NCBI RefSeq assembly: GCF_964355755.1
Contig: NC_092675.1
Coordinates: 28,120,912 to 28,184,911 of the forward strand
Direction of reading: 5' to 3'
Length of the DNA stretch: 64,000 bases
Source: Antedon mediterranea
Lineage: Eukaryota > Animalia > Echinodermata
Below, in pieces: positions 1 through 13,422 of the stretch (positions are counted from its first letter, which is position 1; each line of letters begins with the position of its first letter). A program made the translations under genes and the position numbers. Below the pieces are notes generated by a model. It saw only the letters and a program-made list of their open reading frames with translations, was not told the origin of the DNA and did no database searches.

Positions 1-1432
1 CCACTTTTAAAAACGCAACCCTTTCAAATTCACTAAAGTCTAATAGAAGTTCTCTCTTTGTGTATATGCTGCGAATACTCTAGATAAAATTACTTGAGTT
101 CATCCCAATCCCAGATCTTATACAAACCCTTCAGGACCCAACAAAGGGTCCCCTACAGTAATATCAGGAGATTCCCCTGAATAGAAAGTTAGACATAAAG
201 TATTTTCAATCATTAATTTAATAGGAAAGTGTCAGACTCAGATTTGACAGGAAAATATCTGAAAGGTATTATAACTCTCTTCAAGAGTCATACAGTGAAT
301 GATAAATATGCTGTTAATATTCAGGTAGAATTTGTCCTTTAATGTGCAATACCACTCGATTTAGGAAATCATTTGTCCACAACTCTAATTCATGTTTCCG
401 ACTCAACATTTCAAAGATAGTTGTTTTTTTTTATTCCTTCAGTAAATATAACTTGTTTACTTTATAGTTTTAATGTATTGTATTGATATTGTTTAATGTT
501 TTATATATTGTATGTGTTTTTAAGCATCAAGGAAAACCAATTTCATGTTCGCCTTGTTGTGTAAAGATTTATCATATCTTATATTTCAGGAAAATTAATA
601 CAGTATTTTCAGATCCTTCTGCCTTCAAATTACTAATTGTCCCTGACTAATGTATTCAATATTGTATAATTTAACCATGACCGAATTTTAACTCTATTGC
701 ATGCCCACTCCTTTCTTTCTATCCACTTTCACACTATCTTTCTCGCCCACATTATTTTTTATGAATCCTTAGGAAAATGTCTTTCCTGAAAAATGACCAC
801 ATCAACAATTTAAAGTGCTTATTTGTGTTTATTTTCCTCACCATTGTGGTTACTTGTCTTTCTTTAATTGTACTTAAAACTTGTCCTTGGTATTAATTCT
901 ATACTTAACAGTACTGTACTGTTGTTTACTTTATAGTCATTTACTGAAGGAGAGCAAAGAAATTAGTATGTTCAGTTCCAGATTCTTCTAACTTTTTAGA
1001 AAGGATTTGGAACCAATTATTTTCAGTTCAACTTTTTTTTTGTACACACAGTTTAATGAATTTTAAATTAACATCTAAAGTTCCATAAAATGGAAGAGTT
1101 GGCCATTTTATTGTACAGTAGCATTCAAATCTGTAGATTGACACTGGTATTAACATAATCATCAAGCTAGAGTACTTAAACCTCCTTGTTCAATAAATTC
1201 ATTTTTTCTTCAACATTTCCCTATAGTACTAAAGTAACAAATGCTTTGTTATTCTATCTACTATATAGTACAGTAGGGAGTACCCTCACTTTTTTCTGTT
1301 TGCATATCATGTGGTAGGATGTCATAATGTGGTAACCCATAAAAGCAGAAAATTGTCATGAGCTAGGCTATTTTAGTAAGCTTATTTACTTTATTGATGG
1401 ACAAGTATTACATACAGATATACAGTAGCATA

Positions 1433-1690
1433 CCCTCTTTCAGATGAGACGTTGAGCCGTTGGTCCCATGTGCTACGTGGCTCATGTGCACCTTAAAGAA
1501 TGCAGTACAGTCTTTGATTGTCTCCCGGTGTACTGCCCGATTCACCAGCAGAAGGATCCTACTGGTCTACAGACGTACATTAGTGGGCTATCCTTGGTGT
1601 GTATCAATTCTGCTGCCTTTGTGTGTACAGTTTTAAAACAACTGGAAAAGGGGAAGGGGTTCAAAGCTTTGAAACTTAGTTAGTTAGTTG
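1433..1690 (+). mobile_element. 5'-truncated Deu/Nin-type SINE
   Basis: TTTCAGATGAGACGTTGAGCCGTTGGTCCC...GTGCACCTTAAAGAA...CCCGGTGTACTG, ending in a (TTAG)n tail. Minus-strand fragments of similar cores occur near 13480-13535 and 30585-30663. Confidence 0.65.
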
Positions 1691-3321
1691 TCTATTTAAA
1701 TAGCTCTAATTATAAAGACTGCTCAATACTGTGTTATGAATATAAATGAATGATAATAGTATACAGTAACCTTAAACATATTTATTCATATTTATAACCA
1801 CAAATTTATATGTGCTACCTGTAATCAATGTGGCAAGAATAAAAGAATTAGTAAAGTTTAAAAAGTAGCTTATTAAACTCATGGGATATTTAAAGATTTA
1901 AAATGAACAATAGAAGGGATATATCCTGAACGGTACCTATATTATGATAATCTAAAAAAATGGTTGATACAGTACAACTTAATAGAATGATTTAAACTGC
2001 AATGCTGTCCAAAAACTGTCATTCAACAATTGTGGACCAACAACAAATGTCTTTAGGAAAGGTTCTGATACCCTCTCTTTTTTACTTAATGCAATTTTCT
2101 GCAAGTAAGCACTTTTTCTAGGCTAATGTCATGATACAATAATTACCCTATATTCCTCTATGACTGATAGATTTGATCTTATATGCTTTAAGGCTAACAA
2201 AGAAAATATGACAAATAGTGTATTGGATCACTGACTACAAAATGGTTTGACCCGATCATACAGTAATAACAAATTTCCTGATAGGGTGTTGATGACTTGC
2301 TTGAATAAGGCCGCTAATTAGCAACGCTTCGTTTAACAGCTGACTTTTTTTATGTACAGGATTCGTATTGACTCGTCCTTTGAGAGTCGGAAGAACGAAA
2401 ACATACGCCGCGAGGTGTGTTTGATTCGTTGATATCGCTGGGTGGTTATTGTCTAGTACCTGTATCATCATGTGGTTGCGAGGTTGGTTTACCCCTCATG
2501 CTGCTGACAAGTGTTGTACATTAAATTCAGGATGTGTGGCCCAGATAAATCTTGTTCTGTGTCAACTGGTCCATATTGATTATCAAACCCTGGTTATGTC
2601 ATGTATTTTTTTTTTTAGCAAGTAAGTAAATAAAATTTAATAATTATACATCATTCAAAGTTTAATTTTATTTATTAATCATTTTTTTGGATAGGATACA
2701 ATGTTTGTATCCTGCCATTTGTTTACCAGGTGTATGATACTGTATAGCACTACCATCATTTCTTAAATTAAAATATTTAGTAGGACATAAAAATAGGTCA
2801 TTTGGATGTGTAATGAACGAAGGTTAGCTTTGCCAACTATTAAATCAATAATTTTATATTAATAATTTTATGCTATGCTAGGGAGCTATTCAGACCTGTT
2901 AATTGGTTATTATACTTTACTACTTGTATGCTAGAGGCTGTTCAGACCTACTAGTACTATTGATGTTAATGGATCATATTGTACACAGTGTACAGCTATA
3001 TCACTGGAGATCTGAACTTAAGTGGGATTAGTGTAAACCATTCAAGTATATTATGAAATTTTAAGGTACCAGCATACAACACTAATATTGTATATACGAA
3101 AGGCTCCTTTTGGCTTCTTAAAAACTACAAACCACACCCCTGTCATACCATCTGCAGATGATTCTAAACATGTTTGTTGTTGAATTCGACACATTAGTTA
3201 AAATATAACCTCACTAATTACATAAAACCATATTAAATTCAGTTTATGAACATTTCAATGCAATGTTTGTAATAGATTATTTAAAATATTTGATTCCAAT
3301 TGAAATACTGTAAGTTTCTAA

Positions 3322-3457
3322 AACTCTGACTACACTACTGTAGTTTGACAAATAAAGTAAGATGTGCCCAAATGGTAGTGATATGACATCATCATGTTCA
3401 TATATGGGCACATCACATGTTTGTTGTCACATAATATTTGATAGTGTGGACAGAGCT
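3322..3457. mobile_element. Tourist-like MITE family A (degenerate, reverse orientation)
   Basis: ACTCTGACTACACTA...ATGGTAGTGATATGACATCATCATG...TTTGATAGTGTGGACAGAGCT. Confidence 0.7.
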
Positions 3458-4153
3458 TAGCTGTTTAGGCTTATCCTGTTCGGCCTATCTTTAATGGTTT
3501 TTTTATTTTATTTTCCATATAAATTCAAATGTAAAATATACAAGGAAATACCGGTTATTTATCAGTTTGTTTGAGGCATGAATACATAATAAGCTTATTT
3601 TACAAGGTAAATACAGACAAGAATACCTTTTGAGGCTTTTATTTTTGGCGGACACAATTTAGTGTACATACTGTAACTGCCCAATAGTACAGTACTGTCT
3701 ATTGTTATAGTGTTTTATATTCATGAAATGGTACAAATACAAGATGAAAATTTGTTATACTTTCACTTAATGAAGTTTATGTACCATTTCACTCATATAA
3801 ATTCATTACTTGTATACTGTACAGTACTGTAGGACCTTATACAATAGGTTCTATTTTCTTTGGGACTACATTAAAGTGTCCCAATTATAGGGTTGTTCCC
3901 TGAATACGATTTGACTTTATAGCATTAAAACATATATTTCCCCATGTTAGTTTCACAGGAAAGTGTCCCCTTGGTAGAAGTGTCTTCTGAATAGGTAATC
4001 TAATGTATATCCACAACAAAAATTGTTTCCATTCATATAAATTATGAAACGTTTCTTTTGTCGGTTTATGTTGAATATATTTATATACACAAATGAGATT
4101 TTTCAAATGCTAAATTCTGTCAGTTGATAAAGAAAATAAAAAAAAGTTTTAAC

Positions 4154-4306
4154 GAACAATAGACCATCCAATTTATGAAGTCAATTTCAAGATCAGAAAA
4201 GAAGCTTTTAAGAAACATGAAAAGCCATGGAACAATAGACCATCCAATTTATGAAGTCAATTTCAAGATCAGAAAAGAAGCTTTTAAGAAACATAAAAAG
4301 CCATGG
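4154..4306. repeat. Tandem duplication of 76 bp
   Basis: GAACAATAGACCATCC...AAAAGCCATG occurs at 4154 and 4230. Confidence 0.93.
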
Positions 4307-4599
4307 AATTACATGGCACTAAATAAAGAAACTTGCACTATTGTTAGGTCAATGTCTTATATATTATAATTATTAGGAAGTTGTTGGTTCTAGTCATTGA
4401 TGGTGCTTGACTTTTAATTCAATGATTATTACCCAGAAAATTCAAGGATTGATGATTGTTCATTAACAATTGACTTTTCAGTTATTATTAATGCATGATA
4501 ATTTTGTACAATTATCCTATTGTTATTAAGTGTAACAGAAGTGTGATAGTATAAAAGAAAGCTAACACAAATAATTTGTATTAAATATCAAATGTATTA

Positions 4600-4727
4600 A
4601 GCTCTGTCTACACTATCAAACTTTATGCAACAAAAATATATATGGACATGATGATGTCATATTACTACCATATTTGGGCACATCACATTTTTTTGTCAAA
4701 ATATAGTTTCATAATGTTGACAGAGCT
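4600..4727. mobile_element. Tourist-like (Harbinger) MITE family A
   Basis: Ends AGCTCTGTCTACACTATCAAA / ...GACAGAGCT, TTA target duplication, internal CATATCACTACCATATTTGGG-type motif. Confidence 0.8.
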
Positions 4728-7512
4728 TTAGGCTTGGTTCTTACTTGGACGCAACCCAAAGACATAAGCACGCTGTAATTAATTTGACCAATCATGATGC
4801 AATGGATTTTCTAAACTGTTGCTTGTGATAGGTCTACTCCCTGGCGTTGCGCCTACTTCGTTGCGTTTCATAAAAGTGGGATTGTTTTTTTAAAGTACAA
4901 TTAAGTCATAGAATACACGATTTACATAGGTACAGTACATTAGGATGTTTTAAGTACATTTTGAGTAAAAATTAATTTGCTGGTAAGGTTTTATAAAACT
5001 ACAGCACAAACTGCACTGGTTTCAAAGAAAACCATTTAGATTTTGTTATTTATTTTTTCAAAATGCTTCCCTCTACAAAGTACAATTTATTAATGTTAAT
5101 GGTATTACTGTACATCTGTATGGTCTGTACCATTCTACTATACACCATTCAGCCTATTGGACTGAAGAGAAAATACTTCCTCTAAAATGTATAATTAATA
5201 ATTTTTATAATGGTGGTAAAAATGTGTAAAGTATACTGCCTTCAATGTGTGTGATTTGACACGTAAACCAATATTAGGAAAATTGGATAATGATAAATCA
5301 TTGAGGTATTAGATATACATCAATAGATCTAAGCCTACTCAAATATAAAAACATTGTTAATCAGTAAATCTACTTGTAGTTTTTATCAACAGACGTCATC
5401 GGTGTGTCGCCAGCAAACCTCGACGTTTTAATCTTTACCTTGCCATTGTACGTCATTGTTTACTAATTTTATATTTGTTTAAGCTTGTAAAATACAATAC
5501 TATATCAAGCAAATATGAAATTGCTCAGCTCATTTCAAAGGAACATAAACACAACATAAATTTAATGATCAAAATTTATGACAATACTACTTTATTATTA
5601 TTATTTATTCAGGCAAAAGATACATTTCCAAAATATAATACAAATTAACAAACACAAGCAATGAGAAAATATAAAATCATAGTCACAAGCTGCCAGGAAA
5701 GCACAAAAGCAGCCTAAACCACTGATACCAATTAGGTGTGTACCTCTTTAGTTTATTTTTAAATCCTAATTTATGTATTTAGTGGTAAACATAAACAATT
5801 TATTGCATCACTTTCTGGGTTTTCCAACTTGGCATAAATTCCGTCAGACTACAATTATATATTCTGCTTCACTAAACAAATTTGATATCAATGCAGCATG
5901 TGGTTTGACCATCTTTTACTTATCACTTTTAATCAATTATATAAAAGCATTGTCACCCACACACATCAACACCCTCTTTTACAGTACAGTATACAGTATT
6001 GTTCCAAAAAATAAGTGTACTATCATATCATAGTTTTTAGAAAGGTTAATTTAAAAGAGCTACACACAGGTGCATGTAATTTACCAACTGAAATTACAAT
6101 GACTCCCTGTTAAATTATAATTTATACTGATACTGCCTTAAAAGATTTGAATATCTCACTTGATAAATCACTGCGTAGTGGAAAACAGGCTTAAAAGACG
6201 ATAGAAAGGTATTTTTCGGCGTAACCCCTTCTAGAGTTCAATGACATTCAACTATTTAGATTTAGGGGTGTGGTTTGCGTCATGTGAACAATTCTCAGAA
6301 ACCATGCAGACATTGGCGCCTCCCGAAAGACTTCCACAAGATTTGAAAGTTTCCAGTAAGGGGAATCATCCCTATGACCTAAAAAGGTCATGTGTTGAAT
6401 CTGTTAGCTATGGACCAGTCATGAAAGTAAAGGCATGATATTGATAAAGAAAACCTATATTCTATCATACCTCCTCTCCTTCATGCAGAGTTATGACAAA
6501 TTTCAGATAGAATAAAAACTGTACGCTTAAAGTGCATTCACATTTAGGCTTGTTTACAAAAGGAGTAGGTACATTATCACAGTGTATATTGACCCAACAA
6601 AACATTCCTATTTAGGCAACGGTGTTGGGCTAAAGCTGTCCTAACCCTTGTACTTAATAAAGACAATGGTGAGTAAATTATGAATATAGGTGTTCATAAC
6701 AGTTTTCCAAAATGACTGCTGGCTGAAATTATGAAACATGGACACATCATGGACACACCAATCCAAGGGTCCTGGGTTCAAGTTCTGTAACATGTCAGGA
6801 TTTTTACAAATGACAAATTACAACTCCATCCAATAACTTGTAACTTTATTTATGTATAGCATCGTGTGTATGTTTGTCTTGTGAACAGGACTGCCACCTT
6901 TAAGAAGGATAGTGAATAAATTCGACAATTTGCCTAAAATATATTTTTTAAAAACAAACAAAATAACATTTTACCAATGTACAGTATCAAAATTTTAGAT
7001 TTCCATCAGGTTGATGTCACCATTAATGCTTTATTTCTGGATTAATCATTACATGACCCTGATTACAATCATGTACTATCAATTGGAGTAAGATTTGGTA
7101 AAATATTTCCTTATATGTAAAAAAAACATTTTCATGTATAAAAACATTAGCAGTGTCCTGAAATTTTTACTTATCATTGTGCAGGAAATTTAATAGATCT
7201 TGGGTGGAAATAAACATGTGTTTTGACATTAGAATGTGTGAAGTACGTATAATGACCCAAGTTCTTAATACGGTTTGTGGTGAAAGATTAATCAATGTAA
7301 TAATATTGAGGCAAGTAACTCAGACAACAAAGAAAACATGCATCAAGAAGCATTAGAAGGTCATAAATTTTAATATTAATTCATTAAGATACAGTACTTG
7401 AAAGTCACGATGAAGAGAAACGATCGTTTTTTACAAATGCTTTTATTGCATCCTACTTTTAAATAATGTTTATAAACGATAAAAATAGTTTGTAGGAAAT
7501 TTAGAGATTATA

Positions 7513-7527
7513 ATGACTCGGCAAAAA
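7513..7527 (+). promoter_or_regulatory. Candidate antioxidant response element (ATGACTCGGCAAAAA)
   Basis: Matches RTGACnnnGCAwwww upstream of the KEAP1 CDS; function is inferred. Confidence 0.45.
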
Positions 7528-8597
7528 TCATGATCATTAAACTTGGCAGGTACTGTTATTACCATACCAGGTTGTTTACTATTATCGTTTTTTATTTACC
7601 TTTTGTACAGATTTTGGTTTTAGCTACATTGGAAGCATAAATGTGACTTAAATTTATTTGTAACAATACCATGTGATAAGCCACAAGGAGGGTTAAAATA
7701 ACTCCTTTGTGATGTCACTGGTATTAACTACCACAAATAATATTATATAGTGCAACACACTGTATATTGGTTTAGTAGAAACTGTTTAGTCATTTTGCTT
7801 TTGGACTATTCCATTATTTTGACAGATATAATGAGCAAGTCTGACTAGGTCTATGACAGTGCAGGATATATCTTTGGTGTTACTAAACAGTAAAAGTTCT
7901 TTAAAAAAGGACTTTAAAGAAGACAGATTTTATTTTGGACTGGTGCAGACCTTTTTCTGTTTTTGGATTGTATTACAGAGGAAGGAAATAATTGCCTAAT
8001 TTTTAAGGTAAATGAAGCTGAGAAAAATATGTCACACTGTACATGTGAAATGTTTGAATAGTAGGTCATTATATTGTATTAGATGTCAACTTATTTATAT
8101 TTCAAAGTTGATATAACTGAATATTAATATTTATTATTGTGTGTCTACTATTTTTTGCTCATTGGTTGAAATTTATGTCACTGTCTAATTTAAATGTTCA
8201 AACAAATTTTTAGTAATAATTTTATTAGGGTTCTTTGTCAATAAGACACCAATTGTATTAATATATTACATAATAGCTTTAGCCTCAATGATACAGCAAA
8301 ATAATTAAATGACCCACAATAATTAAAATCTTGACCCGTAACTAGGACACAAAGAAGACACTGTATTCATTATCATAGGTAAGTTTACTATTATATGTAC
8401 ATGTACACTACTCACATTGACTTCTGACCTGCTACCAGATAATCAATGTAACAAATTAGTAGTTTCTGTCTATTTTTAGAAAATTATTAAATACCAAATA
8501 ACTAGTTTTATTTTAGCATTTTGCTTCACTAAATAACTGGTATGTTTGTTGTCAGTGGTAAAAGTTATTGAATATTGAATACACCAAACCTTTTTTA

Positions 8598-8753
8598 AGC
8601 CTTGTCTACACTATCAAACTGTATGTGACAAAAAATGTGATGTGCCCATGGACATGATGATGTCATATCACTACCATATGTGGGCATATCACTACCATAT
8701 TTTGGCACATCACACTTTATTTGTCAAACTAGTTTGATAGTGTAGACAGAGCT
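8598..8753. mobile_element. Tourist-like MITE family A
   Basis: TIR TGTCTACACTATCAAACT / AGTTTGATAGTGTAGACA, with TTA on both sides. Confidence 0.85.
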
Positions 8754-10541
8754 TTACAAATAACCATTCGTTTGCATTGCAGCTGAGGAGTTGCATTAGT
8801 ATAAAAGTTCTATAAAAGATCTCTTTCCAACACAAAATTGATATGTTTTTAACGATTATTCACTTTTCAAAAAGTTTAGATACCAGTAAATTAGATTTCT
8901 ATTATGTCCTCCTCACAGCAGAAACAAAACATTTTGTCACGCCTTCATTCAATCTACTCAAATGTATGTACAAAGTTGATATCCATCAACACTCCTTAAT
9001 CATTTGCTTCCTTTTGTCAAATCGACAAAAATGTTATAATTTAATATAAATATACTAAATATAGATATGTAATTGTATAATAATGAATTGAAAGTGATGC
9101 CTCATGGCCACTGTTTTTATAAAACAAACAAATTTTATGAATTATGTTTTTTAATATCTTAAACTTTAAAATGTTATAATTTTAAATATTTTATATTTGA
9201 TGTTTAAATTGTGATGTAATCCATCTCCTTTCCACATGAAGGATAAAATATATATTATAACCAATGAATTAATTGTGTCCAAAATGAGATTTAACGAATA
9301 CAAAATATTCTAATAGACTATTTCATTCAGATATAGAAAAATATACAAAATATAGCTAAGGGATATTTAAACAAATTGTTGTTTTTGTACTTTACTGATT
9401 AAATTAAACAAGTCACTTTGTCGGTGTTACAATATTTGAATAACACTAATATAGTAAATTGAATGATTTCTGAACTGAAATAAAGGTAAATATGATAATT
9501 AATAGCATTAGGTAAATGCTAATTACACAATTTATGAAGATGAGTCTGCAGAATTATAGATTTTTTTTATAAAACAGATATTATTAAAACCAACTGACCA
9601 TATAGAAATACACAAATCATTGTCAACCACGTCACTATAAAAATCACTGACAAGAAAAATTGTCTATCTGATAAATGAATAATATACTGTAATAATGATA
9701 TAAGTCTATTTATGCTCCAATATGGAAGTGGTATTATTCGTATACAGCCACCATTGGGCTGTTTTTCTAGACATTCTGGTATCCTGAATGTGTTTTTAAA
9801 TGGAAAAAAAAAAATGTTGGCTCATTTTGAGGCTGGTTGTTAGACTTTCCAATTTTCAGATAGTTGTGAGAGAATCTATCTAGAGTGAAATCTTTAGTTG
9901 TTAGACTTAGGTGAAATACTTATTTAAGAGGAATATGTCTGTGATTGGTGATATGACCGCATTGGCCATATTTACCATCACACATAAGTGAGATATTTCC
10001 CTTAACAATTAAATAATTACCGTAAGTGTTTAAGTCAATACATATTTAAGAATTTTTAAAGTATAAGGGTTAAGTATTTCCCATAACCTAGTGTTAAATA
10101 GTGAATAGTATTGGAAGATTTAACTGCTTGATAGAGGAATAATTCTGTACAGTGCCTTTAATGAAAACTAATTAATGGGACATAATTTCAATGTACAGCG
10201 CTTTTGATGATGGTTTCATTCTAAAAATAAAAGCACTACAGTATATCAAAATTGTAATGAAAACTTGGCACTGTCTCACAAAACAGGACAATAGAGCTAT
10301 AATTTTAATACCCAAATAACCAATGCAGTGTGTTGGAATGCGCACCCATGATCAATGGAATAACAGTCAATTGTTTCTAAATTAGGAAATATTGAAGCAC
10401 TGAATTGGTCAATGTAGTTAGCCCTGTAATCATTCTGTACTAGGTCAATGTAAACAAAGGTATCTTTCGTTCCTTTTGATTGTTACCGATCATCTGGTGT
10501 TGCGTAAGCTGGAATCGACAGTGTGTTGGTAGATGACAGAA

Positions 10542-10556
10542 GTGACTAAGCATATT
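10542..10556 (+). promoter_or_regulatory. Candidate antioxidant response element (GTGACTAAGCATATT)
   Basis: Matches RTGACnnnGCAwwww; function is inferred. Confidence 0.45.
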
Positions 10557-10960
10557 TACAAGGTTGACAAACTTTCCTATGTTTACCAATCAATAGTACT
10601 ACACATTAAGCAGGTATACTATTGCAGTTTGTTCTGATGACCTACAAGATTGTCAAGCAGGACTTGTTAAAAAGAAACAGGATACTTGATTAGAAATAAT
10701 TAAAAAGATAGTATTTAATGATGATTATTACAGTATAATGATGATTAATAATTACAGTATTAATATAAAGTTGATTCTCTATCAGAAATAGTCAATTTAT
10801 GACATCATTAAGTTGTTAATCTATCAGAAATGGCAGTATTGATATAAAGTCGATCCTCTATCAGAAATGGTCAATTTATGACATACCCATGTACAATTAT
10901 ACATTATGTTGATAATCTATTAGAAATAATTAATTTACAACATGATTGATAGTAAGTCGA

Positions 10961-11076
10961 TTCTATCATGAATAACGATTCTATCATGAATTATCAATTC
11001 TATCATGAATTATCAATTCTATCAGGAATTATCAATTCTATCAGGAATTATCAATTCTATCAGGAATTATCAATTC
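10961..11076. repeat. Minisatellite, about 6 copies of 19-bp TTCTATCA(T/G)GAATTATCAA
   Basis: Directly visible; degenerate TCTATCAGAAAT units extend back to about 10775. Confidence 0.9.
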
Positions 11077-12540
11077 ACATACAGTTTCAGTCGATATAAT
11101 CAATATAAATAACAGCATGCTCTCTGTATTTAGTAATACAGTATTAGTTAATTATCAATTCACAACATACATAAAAATACAGTAAGTATATACTCTAACC
11201 AAAATGATCAATTTCCATACAGTATTTTAAAAATAAGTACAGTATTATTATCAATGTACAGTACATTTAATTATTCAGTAAAGTTGTTTCTATTTCTATT
11301 AGGAATTTCTGATTTCAGTTAATTTGTATCATTTCTTTGAAATTTCAAGATTGTTGTTTAAACACAAAATCGTAATACCATTGTATACCATTGGTCTTTT
11401 TAAAAGTATTGTATCACTGATTGGAATATTAATGCTTTCATCAAATTACTATTAACATAAAAATATATTATCATTCATTATCTCTGGAAACATACTCTAA
11501 ATTCCAGTAAGCACCATGAAATGTAAACATTGCAAGCATCACCAATTGCATGGTAGCTAGTAGCAAAGACTAATTACAAGTTCCAAGATCATAACTGAAT
11601 ATGAACATTTGGAAACGCAATCAATGCTGAACACAAAACATGTGTACGTCATCCTGATAAACATTGACGTTCTCAAAGAAGGCCATATTTAGTGAGTTCA
11701 TATACTACAGAACGTTGCTATGTTGTTGTTAGTGGTTGTATAGTAAATTTACTCATGTGTTATGAACAGTGACGTTATGCACAGCCTGAAAGAAAATTCA
11801 TTTTTGTCACGCTATGATTAGCGTATTCAAAATAATAATAATACTACTACTACGGTATTGTGATTTTGATGAAGGTGGTTGTGAGGTAAATACCCCTTGT
11901 TTTATGGTGTTAGAAAATATGGTTAGTAGAAAATATATATGTCTTTATGTAAAACAACTCGCTGGTTGAATTATCAATATTTTGACCTGGCGCCTGCGAG
12001 TCTCTAATTGGCATTTTACCAATCAATTAGTCAATCAAAATAACATTATTTCTGTTTTGTTTAATAATACAATGTGGTAGCACGTTTTGTACTGCAACAC
12101 TTTATCTCAGCACTGTGACTTTTGTATTAGACCTTTTGTACTGCAGTAACTATGATAGTTCAAGACTTTTATTGTATTAGACCAGAAATATAATTTTTGA
12201 ACTTACTACTATTACTATATTACTACTCTTTTTTTATAGTTCTAACTAAATTTATATTCCAGTTCCACACATATCTATAGTAGGTACACTATGTGGACAA
12301 CAACTGCTCCCCTTAATGTCATTTCTATTCATCCGTAATTTTATTCACAAATTTTTATGAAATTTTGAACAATTTATTTGAGGAGTAGCTGACTCATTTG
12401 AGGTACAGCGATGTATTTTGCTTAAGCTGCCCCTGCCTAGCATTTTTTCATCTTTGTTGTTTAAAAAAAAAAATATATTGTATTGATTCTATGCTGGTCA
12501 AATAAATAAACGAAACGAACATGTGCTCTTTTCTATCTTA

Positions 12541-13422
12541 GGGTATGTTCAGACTCACGGAGTTACGGTGGAGTTATGTACGCGGCGTACATATTTTTGT
12601 GTCTGAACCATGCCGCGGATTAGCGTTAGGGAGCTGTTACTCCGCGCCAGTGGCGTTAATAACTCCAGCGGGAGAGGGTAGATTTCATAAGGCTAATCCA
12701 TTGATGCATCAGTGATTTCAACCTCCGGTCAACGTCAGCCAATGAAAAGACACGACCGCAATTAGCAGCAGTCTATTCGCGAGGTTTTTTTTAATAGCAA
12801 AACAATATAGCTATTCATCGAGCTAGCCTAGATCAACAGCAACATTCGAATTAAAATGAAACGTGTTACATGGAAAAGTACAGAAGTGGCTGATTTGATT
12901 TCATTATGGGGCAGCCCTGAATTTATAGACAAGATAGAAATTAGGAACTGGAAAGCTAGCGCCGGCAACAAGATGGCTGTTTTTAAAGAAATTGCATCTA
13001 AACTGCAAAATTCTTCCTGACGAAGTTGGCGTCGGCGACATGATTTCACAAAATTAATTAAAATCATACAAATAATGGCAAAGTCATTGTCCGTGTAATA
13101 ATTATGTTCGAAATTACTATCTTCTGTAAGGATTTGCAAAAAAATCGGCAAAAGAACCATTACATTTGAAGGTAACATTGTATTATATTGCTAGGCCTAG
13201 CTAGTGTTGTAAACTTTCGCGCGTGTCACTCTCAGCTCTCTGTTGTGTTGTTGTTGTGTATGTATCCCATCGGCCGTTTCGGTATGACGGAACTTCCGCT
13301 TTAAACGCAAGACGTTTGGAATGCTAATCGTTGTGTCTGAACACCTTGACTTTTAACGCCACGGATTACCGTACGCCTTGCGTAGATAACTCCACCGTAA
13401 CTCCGTGAGTCTGAACATACCC
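12541..13422. mobile_element. Non-autonomous PIF/Harbinger DNA transposon (internal-deletion derivative)
   Basis: Perfect 37-bp TIRs GGGTATGTTCAGACTCACGGAGTTACGGTGGAGTTAT, flanked by TTA/TAA. Contains a truncated Myb/SANT-like ORF (+, 12856-13020) and a convergent ORF start on the minus strand (from 13178). Confidence 0.88.
12856..13020 (+). pseudogene. Truncated Myb/SANT-like (MADF/trihelix-type) DNA-binding protein of the Harbinger element
   Basis: MKRVTWKSTEVADLISLWGSPEFIDKIEIRNWKASAGNKMAVFKEIASKLQNSS* fits the W...E...LI.LW......VF..IA..L pattern of helices 1-2. It stops before helix 3. Confidence 0.72.
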
